From the IMG/VR virus record IMGVR_UViG_3300015607_004925, positions 32,001 to 96,000 of that record: a DNA stretch of 64,000 bases; one strand, 5' to 3'. Source of the DNA: a virus. Its lineage: Duplodnaviria > Caudoviricetes. Both the position numbers and the translations under genes were made by a program. The notes under the pieces are model-generated. The model had not been told where the DNA came from. It made no database searches and was given only the letters and a program-made list of their open reading frames with translations. Below are positions 34,236-42,500 of the stretch, one piece after another. Numbering within the stretch: the stretch's first letter is position 1; each line of letters starts with the position of its first letter.

Positions 34236-35548
34236 GACGAGGCGGCCCGCTGCGCCGCGGTCGCGCGACGGAACATGTTGCGGAGCGACGCTTCCTTCTT
34301 GTCGTCGTCCTTGTCGTCGTCCTTCTTGCCCTCCATCTTCTCGCGGATGAAGTCGGGCATGCCGCCCTTGTCCTTGTCGCCATCGTCCTTCTTCTCGTCC
34401 TTCTTCATGAAGGGCGGGAGGGCGCCGTCCTCGGCCGACTTCGTGCCCTGGTTGCCGCCACGGCCGTCGTACGCGCCGGGACGCGAGTGCGTCGCCTCGG
34501 GCGAGTGCTTCTGGTAGCCGTCGGTGCGCGAGCCCGGCGGCGTCGCCGACGGCGCGGCGGCGACGCGCTCCGCGGCCTCCTTCTGGAGGCCGCTGAGGTA
34601 GTGGTACTTCTCCTCGGTGTTGAGGCCCATGCACATGCGGACGGTCGCGATCTTCACGTCCTCGGTCATCGAGCCCGGCAGGAACTCGTGGATCTCGGCG
34701 GCGGTCTTCTTGAACAGCGCGATGTACGGGTCCTCGCCCGCGGCCTTCGCCGAGGTCTCGGTCACCGAGTTCGAGCCGCTCGGGGTCTCCGCCGGCTTGT
34801 TCGGCTGCGGCGTCTCGCGGCCGATGACCGCCGGACCGCGCACGTGTTCCATCATGGCGCCGAGTCCGCCCTGCGAGGGCAGCACGGCGTAGCCCGCGGG
34901 ACGCTGCGCGGCGTCCATCTTCGCCTCGGCGGACGACATCTCCATGTTGCCCTTGTCGCCGCCCATGATCGTCGAGCCCTCGGCCGCCTTCTGGAAGAGC
35001 GCCCGCAGCGACGACGACTTGGTCTGGTCGTTCGGCGAGTTCTCCTTGTGGTCGGTCTCCTTCGGGGCGTTCGGCTGCGGGGCCTCCTTGCCGACCGCAC
35101 CCGGGCGCGTGTCGACGTCGGTCTTGCCGCGGCTGTCCTCGGCGTAGCCCGGCGGGCGCTGCGAGGCGTCCATCTTCGTCTCGCCCGCCGGCGCCTGGCC
35201 CTGATCGTTGCCCTTGTCGCCGCCCTCGATCGTCGAGCCCTCGGCCGCCTTGGTCATCAGCTGCTCCGCGCTGCGATCCGCGAGCGCGCGGACGTCGTCC
35301 CACGAGGCGAGCTTGTTCCATCCGGCCGCCTTGAAGTTCGGCTGGCGCTTGAACCACTCGCTCGCCTCCAGAATCTGCGCCGCGACCTTCTGGTCGTCTG
35401 CGGGGCTCACGCCGCGCTCGAGGTCGAGGTTCACGTGGTCTGCGATGTAGTCGGCGACCTTGTGTGCGGTGCCCTCGTCGGGGAACATGGCGTGGCCGCT
35501 GTTGACCAGCGCAGTCTGGATGCCTCGGACGTACGCGTGCTTGAACAT
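34232..35548 (-). CDS. Head/core protein with shared N-terminal motif and internal duplication
   Basis: MFKHAYVRGIQTAL; two copies of KAAEGSTIxGGDKGN...KMDAxQRPxGYA...PQPN; GAGGAG RBS. Confidence 0.75.
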   Translation of the reverse strand: MFKHAYVRGIQTALVNSGHAMFPDEGTAHKVADYIADHVNLDLERGVSPADDQKVAAQILEASEWFKRQPNFKAAGWNKLASWDDVRALADRSAEQLMTKAAEGSTIEGGDKGNDQGQAPAGETKMDASQRPPGYAEDSRGKTDVDTRPGAVGKEAPQPNAPKETDHKENSPNDQTKSSSLRALFQKAAEGSTIMGGDKGNMEMSSAEAKMDAAQRPAGYAVLPSQGGLGAMMEHVRGPAVIGRETPQPNKPAETPSGSNSVTETSAKAAGEDPYIALFKKTAAEIHEFLPGSMTEDVKIATVRMCMGLNTEEKYHYLSGLQKEAAERVAAAPSATPPGSRTDGYQKHSPEATHSRPGAYDGRGGNQGTKSAEDGALPPFMKKDEKKDDGDKDKGGMPDFIREKMEGKKDDDKDDDKKEASLRNMFRRATAAQRAASS

Positions 35549-35584
35549 GAGATCTCCTCGAGGGGCTCTTGGCGGAACGTTGAA

Positions 35585-35590
35585 ATGATA
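35585..35590 (-). promoter_or_regulatory. Putative late promoter -10 box
   Basis: gccc-TATCAT-ttca. Confidence 0.55.
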
Positions 35591-35616
35591 GGGCGCTCGC
35601 GGGTTTTATCCAACGA

Positions 35617-35814
35617 TCACCCGAGGACCTTCGCCTTCGGCGCGCCGGCTGCCATCGCTGGCGCTGCCGGCGCCGGCGCCGCAGACGGAGGGGGGCTGGT
35701 GCCGGCTTGCCCGGTAAGCATCGGGTTGTAGCCCGCTGCCCCCTGTTGCATGTTGCCGAGCTTGAGATGGGCGAGTGCGTCGCGCGCACCTTGTGTGTAC
35801 TTGGACCGGATCAT
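35617..35814 (-). CDS. Small protein with shared N-terminal motif
   Basis: MIRSKYTQGARDALAHLKLG. Confidence 0.7.
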   Translation of the reverse strand: MIRSKYTQGARDALAHLKLGNMQQGAAGYNPMLTGQAGTSPPPSAAPAPAAPAMAAGAPKAKVLG

Positions 35815-36266
35815 AGGGGTTGCTCCTTCGGGTGTGACCCCAGCAGATGTCCGATGCCACGGCCCAATGAGGCGCCCGCGCGGCCGAGGATTGGTGCGCC
35901 AAGAATGCCGAGCGCGGGGTAGCCGTACATCGAGCCGGCAAGCCCCCCGAGCGCGCCGAGCGCCCCGGCGAGGCGGCCTTCGTGCGGGTCGGGATGTGTG
36001 AGCTGTGAGGCAAGCCCCGCACCCGCCGCGAGCGTGCTCGCGCGCGCAAGCCAGTTGAAGCGCGATCCGGCAGGACCGCTGACCGCGGGCCAGAAGACGC
36101 TCTTGGGCGACAAGAAGCCGCCCTCGCCGAACGCCTTCGGGCCCTCGATGAATGCACGGCCTGGCTGGCCAACGAGACCCTGGGCGACGTGCGACAGCAT
36201 GTTGGCTGCGATCTTGAGGCGCGCGAGCGCGTCAGCCGCGCCGCGTGCGTGGGCCTGTTTCAACAT
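35811..36266 (-). CDS. Glycine-zipper protein with shared N-terminal motif
   Basis: MLKQAHARGAADALARLKIAA; GALGALGGLAG. Confidence 0.7.
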   Translation of the reverse strand: MLKQAHARGAADALARLKIAANMLSHVAQGLVGQPGRAFIEGPKAFGEGGFLSPKSVFWPAVSGPAGSRFNWLARASTLAAGAGLASQLTHPDPHEGRLAGALGALGGLAGSMYGYPALGILGAPILGRAGASLGRGIGHLLGSHPKEQPL

Positions 36267-38047
36267 CAGTACGCCCCCTCGGCGCCTTGGCCGAACTCAG
36301 TGCCCGCGACGTACGCTGGCACAGGCGACGCGCCGTGGAGGTTGGACACGTCGCCGCGATGGATGCCCGCGAGCAACGACTCCTTGAGGTAGCGGTGCGC
36401 GAGGCGCGCCATCCAGTCGGGGTTGAGCAGCGGCGTGCGGGACGCCGGGCGCATGAGCGGCATCGCGCGCGGGCCGCTGTCGGCGATCGCGACCGACGTG
36501 ATGCCGTGGCGCACGAGGTTCTGCGCGATGGTCGGGGTGACCGCAGTGCCCGCGGTGTAGTGGAGGATGCCGTCGGCCAACGTCTCGCCGTGCGCCTCGG
36601 CGATCGGCACGCGCCGGCGCGACGCCGCGAGCGCGGCGTGGAACTTGTTGTAGTCGACGACGTCGCCCTTGATGAACGCGTCGTCGGGCCCGGGGTCGGT
36701 GATCTGCACGTGGTTGAGCACGCTCTTGGCCAGGGTCTCGAGGTGGCGCTTGTCGACCTCGGAGCCTGCTCGCTTGTACACGTCCGCAAGCGCGTCCACC
36801 AGGTAGCGGCGCCCGTCGCCCAGGCCCTTGTGGCGGACGATCTCGTCGGGCTTGGGCACGCCGTCGGAGAGCGTGTCGCCGGCGTACGTCGACTGCCCCA
36901 CGCCGACGAGCACGCGGTGGTCGGGCGGGACGTAGTGGCGCTCGTCGTCGACCATCACGTAGTGGCCGCCCTGGGGCGCCTTGTCGATCGCCTTGATGAC
37001 GCCGTCGCGCCCGGCGAGCACGGCCTTGTGCGCGAACGACGTCGGGATCTCGAGCAGCGAGCGCACGCCCTTCATGCCCTCGAGCTTCTTCTCGTCGTCG
37101 GTCTTCGTGATGCGCCCGCCGTGCTTGGCGTTGAGCGAGAACTGGGTGAGCGGCTCCGACAGCGCCTGCGCCGCGCGCATGCCGACGTTGGTGCCGATCG
37201 GGTGCACCGTGCCCGTCGGCGACAGCCCTTGGCACTTCTGGCAGACGCCGTGCGCGGCCTCGCAGGTCATCGGCGATCGCACGATGACGCTCTTGTTCGC
37301 GGCGGCGAGCTGCGAGGCGACCTGCGGCGTGATGAGGCGGTTCGTGCCCGCCTCGTAGCGGTCGATGATGTGCGGGTCGACGCCGGCCATCGCGATGCCG
37401 TTCTTCGTGCCGCAGTCGACCGTCGTCACGAGCTGGTCGCTCATGTTGTTGACGAGGATCTTGGCGAGGTCGCCGGGCTCGACGACGGAGATGTTCGAGA
37501 GCACCGCGTTGACGCGCGCCTCGCCGCCGGCCACCCACGCGTCGGCGGGCTTGAGGCCCTCGCTGAAGCTCTTGTCGATCAGCCAGGGCACGACCTTGCC
37601 CTTGGAGTCGCGCACCATCACCGGCGCGCCGACGGCGCGCATCAGCTGCGCGGCGTTGCCGCGGCCGCCGGAGCGCACCATCTCGCCCATCGTGCCCGGG
37701 TGCTTCTTCGCCAGCTCGAGCATCGCGTTCTGCGCGCCCGCGAGCGCCTTCTCCTTGTCGGCGGTCGACGTCGCCTTGCGGAACGCGTCGACGTGCGGCT
37801 TGAGCGCGGCGTCGCGCTCGCCCGTGCGGGGCGCGATGTCGTCGAGCCCGACCGAGATGCCGTCGAGCGTCGCGATCTCGTCGCCGAGGCGCTTGAGTTT
37901 GGTGACGACGTCGGGGTACTTGTCCGGCGCCTCCTTCGCGACGCCGACGAGCAGCTCGTTCAGCGACCCCTTGGTGAGCACGCCGCGACCGCGCCACTTC
38001 TCGGGAAGCGCTTGATCGACGAGGTGCCTGCCCAGGGTGGTCGCCAT
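36266..38047 (-). CDS. rpoC: DNA-directed RNA polymerase, beta' C-terminal half
   Basis: TTLGR; MVRSGGRG; bridge-helix-like ARVNAVLSNISVVEPGDLAKIL; DCGT...RSPMTC..GVCQKC Zn site; trigger loop AAQALSEPLTQFSLNAKHGG; DKRHLE. Confidence 0.9.
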   Translation of the reverse strand: MATTLGRHLVDQALPEKWRGRGVLTKGSLNELLVGVAKEAPDKYPDVVTKLKRLGDEIATLDGISVGLDDIAPRTGERDAALKPHVDAFRKATSTADKEKALAGAQNAMLELAKKHPGTMGEMVRSGGRGNAAQLMRAVGAPVMVRDSKGKVVPWLIDKSFSEGLKPADAWVAGGEARVNAVLSNISVVEPGDLAKILVNNMSDQLVTTVDCGTKNGIAMAGVDPHIIDRYEAGTNRLITPQVASQLAAANKSVIVRSPMTCEAAHGVCQKCQGLSPTGTVHPIGTNVGMRAAQALSEPLTQFSLNAKHGGRITKTDDEKKLEGMKGVRSLLEIPTSFAHKAVLAGRDGVIKAIDKAPQGGHYVMVDDERHYVPPDHRVLVGVGQSTYAGDTLSDGVPKPDEIVRHKGLGDGRRYLVDALADVYKRAGSEVDKRHLETLAKSVLNHVQITDPGPDDAFIKGDVVDYNKFHAALAASRRRVPIAEAHGETLADGILHYTAGTAVTPTIAQNLVRHGITSVAIADSGPRAMPLMRPASRTPLLNPDWMARLAHRYLKESLLAGIHRGDVSNLHGASPVPAYVAGTEFGQGAEGAY

Positions 38048-38048
38048 C

Positions 38049-38492
38049 TCACATCGGGCCGTAGCCGCCCTGCATCATCTGCTGCTGGCGGCGCCGCTCC
38101 TCCGCCTGTTGGTTGTGGCGGTGGAGCATGTAGAGCCCGCCGCCGGCGATGAGCGACGGCGCGAGGGTCTTGAGGTTGCCGACCGCCGCGCCGCGCGCGG
38201 CCGCGCCGGCCTCGGGCGACGGCGCGCCGCCGAGCCCCTGGCGGAGGTTGCCGAACAGCGCCTTCGCGGCGTCGAGCTGACCGGAGCCGAACGCCTTGGC
38301 GCGGCCCATCAGGCCGCCGGCCGCCGCCGGCGGCGCCGCGGGCGACGCCGCGGGCGACGGACCGGGCCCGAGACCGGCCGGGCCGAGATCGAGATGCGTC
38401 GCGACCCCCGGTGCGACGGTGTTCGCGTGCTTCTCGAGGCCGAGACAGCGGAGCGCGTCGGCCCGCCCCTGGGCCATGTATCGTTCGAGCAT
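38049..38492 (-). CDS. Gly/Ala-rich protein with shared N-terminal motif
   Basis: MLERYMAQGRADALRCLGLEKHA. Confidence 0.7.
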   Translation of the reverse strand: MLERYMAQGRADALRCLGLEKHANTVAPGVATHLDLGPAGLGPGPSPAASPAAPPAAAGGLMGRAKAFGSGQLDAAKALFGNLRQGLGGAPSPEAGAAARGAAVGNLKTLAPSLIAGGGLYMLHRHNQQAEERRRQQQMMQGGYGPM

Positions 38493-38965
38493 CAGAACAC
38501 CGTCCCGACGGCCGTGGGTTGTCCCATGTCACCGAGCCGGCTGGCCGTGTCGCCGGCGGAGAGATTCGAGGGCGCGCCCCACGCGGTCGCGCGGTCGAGC
38601 GGGTCCCGGGTCGAGAGCTGCGTGTTGGGCGAGATCGGCGCGTCGATCTCCTCGAGCATCTTCTCGAGGTCGTCCGAGTCCTCGGCGCCCGGCGTGCAGT
38701 CGGCCTTCTTGTTCGCCCGCTCCGACTCCGCCTTGCGGGCCGCGTCGAAGCCGTGGAACGTGCGGTCGGGGATCTTCAGGCGCAGCTCTTCGGCGGCCGA
38801 CTTCAGGCCGAGCTTGTCGAGCGCGGCCGCGCCGCCGAGCACGTAGGCGCGCTTGACCTTCTCGGGCAGCTTCTTGCCCTTGGGCGTCGCGTCCGCGAAC
38901 TCGCGCGCGACATCCGGGTGCTTGGCAAACAAGAAACGCCTTTGACTCTCGCTACGGAACGGCAT
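38492..38965 (-). CDS. Hypothetical protein with internal shared motif
   Basis: MPFRSESQRRFLFAKHP N-terminus; VKRAYVLGGAAALDKLGLKSAA. Confidence 0.7.
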   Translation of the reverse strand: MPFRSESQRRFLFAKHPDVAREFADATPKGKKLPEKVKRAYVLGGAAALDKLGLKSAAEELRLKIPDRTFHGFDAARKAESERANKKADCTPGAEDSDDLEKMLEEIDAPISPNTQLSTRDPLDRATAWGAPSNLSAGDTASRLGDMGQPTAVGTVF

Positions 38966-39491
38966 GGAGCCCCTTCCGATTCTTCCAGTTCAAAAGCCCT
39001 GCGTCGCTATGGTCGCGCGCTTTGATCCCCGCGCGCCGCAACCAACCCGCGACCGTGCCTGTCGATTTCGCGTGCGTGATGCGCATGATCTCGGCGAACG
39101 AACGCTGTTCGACGATGTACCACTGATGAAGTTCGGCGGGGGTTGGGCGCCGCGGCCGATAGGTTTCCACGATCGCCTTGAGACGTTCCAGCTTCTTCGT
39201 CGATCGAAGAGGCACCATCGCTAGCAACCGCTCCAGGGCTTCTCGCTTGGAGATAACGACGTCCCATGCACGCGCCCAGTGCGCGGGCCGCTTGGTACCG
39301 GCGCGTTCCACGATCCGGACGTCGACACAGAGGACGTCGCAGCATTCGGCCACCGCTTCGATCAAACCCCAATCTGTGTTGGTGATACGGACGACGCGAT
39401 TTCGGTTTGAAGGTGCGGGGATCGCGACCGTACCTTCGCCGTCGATCATCGCGGCAAGGTAGGCACTCGCGGTTTCCGCGTTGAAGGGCAC
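38952..39491 (-). CDS. Free-standing LAGLIDADG homing endonuclease with C-terminal HTH-like segment
   Basis: AYLAAMIDGEGTV; VRITNTD; LRSTKK; ELHQWYIVEQRSFAEI; codon usage differs from neighbours. Confidence 0.85.
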   Translation of the reverse strand: MPFNAETASAYLAAMIDGEGTVAIPAPSNRNRVVRITNTDWGLIEAVAECCDVLCVDVRIVERAGTKRPAHWARAWDVVISKREALERLLAMVPLRSTKKLERLKAIVETYRPRRPTPAELHQWYIVEQRSFAEIMRITHAKSTGTVAGWLRRAGIKARDHSDAGLLNWKNRKGLHAVP

Positions 39492-39496
39492 GCCTA

Positions 39497-39502
39497 ATTA
39501 TA
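39497..39502 (-). promoter_or_regulatory. Putative late promoter -10 box
   Basis: ccc-TATAAT-taggc-GTG. Confidence 0.6.
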
Positions 39503-39507
39503 GGGTC

Positions 39508-42500
39508 TTACCGCTCGACTTCGATCGGATCGTTCAGCGAGATCTCGCCGCGGTGGTAGGCGGCCATCGCTTCCTCGGTCGAGGCGAAGTGGCGGGTCTT
39601 CTTGTCGTTCGGCGCCTGCGTCGCCCGGTGCAGGCCGAGCAGGCTCTCCATCTCGGGCGCGACGTTGAGCACGCCCGGCCGCTTGTCGGCGAAGATCATG
39701 TGCGAGAGCGTCATCCGCTTGACGTCCTCGACGCCGCCCGGCGTGACCGGGGCGTGGATCTGCATCGCGTCGCCGTCGTAGTCGGCGTTCGTGCCCTTCT
39801 CGGCGAAGGGGTTCAGCTTGAGCGTCTTGCCGTCGATGATCTTCGGGTAGGCGCCGACGATGTTGAAGCGATGGAGCGACGGCGCACGGTTGACCATCAC
39901 GGGCCGCTCGCGACTCTCGTTGACCAGCTCCTCGCGCGCGATCGGCACGCGGTCGTCGACCATCTTCTGCGCGTCGGTCGCCGAGTAACCGCGGCGCACG
40001 AGCCGACCGATCACGAACTTGCCGTACATGCCCCAGAGCATCCCCTCGGGCACGCCGATCTCGTCCATCGAGAGCGTCGGGTCCGGCGCGATCGTCGCGC
40101 GGCCCGACACGTCCTGCTGGCGCTTCATGATGCGCGACTGGAAGAAGCCCGAGCCCGGCCGCGTGCCGGTGATCGCCGCGAGGTAGCCCTTCGCGCCGCG
40201 CTTCTCCGCGCCCGGCGACACCGGCTCGCCGACGCCGAACAGCGCGCTCACCGCGTCGTAGAGGTGCTGGCGCGGCGCGGCGTGCTCGGGCGCCGGCAGC
40301 GACTCCTTGGCGCCGTGGAGCTGGTCGTTCGCGAGGAACGCGTCCTTGTAGAGCAGGTTCGCGTCGCCGACCTGGAGCTTGCCGTCCTTGAGCGGCAGGA
40401 TCGGTCGGATGACCGGCGGCGTCACCGGGATCTTCGAGAGGACGTACGCGTTCTCCGGCTTGAGGTCGCGTTCCTTCAGGGCCTCGAGGTACTTGATCTG
40501 CTTCACGACGCCGTCGAGCGCGGGGCCGCGCGCCTTCTTCGACTGCGCGCGCAGCTCGGCGAGCTTGTCGTCGACGTCGATCGCGCCGAGCGCGCTCTTG
40601 AACCAGTGGCCGCCCTTGCCGACGTGCGCGGTGAACTCCTTCTGCGTGAGCCCGAGCAGGCGCCGCACGGGCTCCTCGAACACCGGGTTGACGATCGGCT
40701 CGGCGAGGTCGACGTGCGACCACTTCGTGCCCGCCATGCCGCCGGTCACCGTCGGGTCGAACAGCCCGCCGCTCTCCGGGCGCAGGTCCTTGGCGCGGAT
40801 CAGCTTCTGCGGGTCCTTGAGCACGCCGGCCGACATCGCCGCGACGTCGGCGTCGGTGAGCGGGCCGAGCGAGAGCCGCGAGCCGCTCTTGTTCACCTTC
40901 ACGCCGGCGCCGGTCAGCATGCCGAGGAACTTGTCGTAGGCGAACGGCGACTTCGGCGCGGGCGTCGGCAGGCCGAGCTGCACCGCGCGCCAGAACTCGT
41001 CGTTGCGCTGGCTCTTGATCGCCGCGGCCTCGCGAAGCACGTTGCGCGCGTTGTGGGCCACGAGCCCGTCGAACTCCATCTTGCCGATGCCCTTGGCGCC
41101 GTCGTCGCCGCCGCGCGCGGGCTGCTGGTTGTAGTCGTAGCGCTCGGCGCCGTGCGCAGCCCAGTTCGAGTCGGTCGTCTTGAACAGCTTCAGGATGTAG
41201 CTCTTGCCGACCATGATGTCGGGGATCTTCTTCCCCGTGATCGGGTCGAGCACGGTCTCCTTGTCGGTGAGGCCGTGTTCCTCGAGCAGCTTCTTCGCGT
41301 AGGCGACGTTGTCGCGGCCCGGCACGTAGGGCGGGACGACGATCGGCTTGCCGGTCTTCTCGGCGACCTTGCCGAGCATCGACTCGATGGTCTGCGCCGG
41401 GTTGATGCGCGAGACGATGCCCGCCGACGTGAACAAGATGTCCACGGGGCGGCCGTGCTGGTCCTGGATCATCTGGTGGTCGGGGATGATCTTCGCGATG
41501 ACGCCCTTGTTGCCGTAGCGGTTCGACAGCTTGTCGCCGATCTGCAGCGCCTCCTGCGTGCGCACCGACGCGCTCACACGTCCCGCGGTGTCCGCGACGT
41601 CGACGACGGTGCCCGGCTTGTCGTGGCTCCAGACCTCGACGACCTCGTCGAAGGGCTTGACCAGCGACTTGGACAGCTTGCCGAGCAGCGCGGCGTCGCC
41701 GGTCGTGCGCGCCTCGCGAACGCCGACCATGATCGGGTCGCCGGGGTGGAGCACGACGCCCGGGCGCGCCACGCCGTTCTCGTCGAGCTTGTCGTACTGC
41801 GCCTTGGTGTAGCGGCTGCCGAAGTACGCGCGGTGCTTCTCGCGGTTGAGCTTGGTGGTGTCGTTCTTGTCGATCGTCGACTGGTACATGTGCTCGGACA
41901 CGAGCTTGTCCGCCGCGCCTTGGCTGACGACGATGCCGTCGTTCGTGTTGAGCCCGCGGTAGGGCATGTACGCGACGCGCAGGTTCGTGCCGAGCGCGAG
42001 CGTGCCGTCCTTGGTGAAGTTCGACTCGGCGAGCGGCTGCCCCGCCTCGACGCGATCGCCGGCCTTCACGGTCAGCGTGTTGTGCAGCGCGGTCTTCGCG
42101 GCGAGCGGGAAGTCCGTGTCGTAGTGGATCCGCTGCGCCTCGGCCGAGGTCTTGTGCGCGCCCGGCGTGAAGTGGATGTAGTCGTCGTCGATCTTGGTGA
42201 TCGTGCCCGCGCTCGGCGCCGTCGGCACGACGAGCCGGACCATCTCCTTCTCGACGGAGACGCCGGGCTTCCACGACTCGACCTGGACCAGCGGCGCCTC
42301 GCGGTGCACGAGCGGCAGCGCCTGGCCCTGGTGCTTGGACGCCATGAGCACGCGGTTGCCCTGGATGCCGTAGACGAACGGCAGGAGGTTCGACGTCGGC
42401 CCGTACTGGTCGGCGTCGTGGATGATCTGGTGCGTCACCTCGTCGGCGCGCACGCGCGAGACCGCGCCGTCCTTCATCGCGTCGACGAGCTTGCCCGGCG

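Noticed and set aside
35604-35618. Possible ninth operator (ttttat-cca-acgatc)
   Set aside because: Neither half-site is perfect
38048-39507. Group I intron or intein splitting the beta' gene
   Set aside because: Both halves have their own stop/start, two unrelated tagged genes and a promoter box lie between, and no intein termini were seen; RT-PCR across the junction would be decisive
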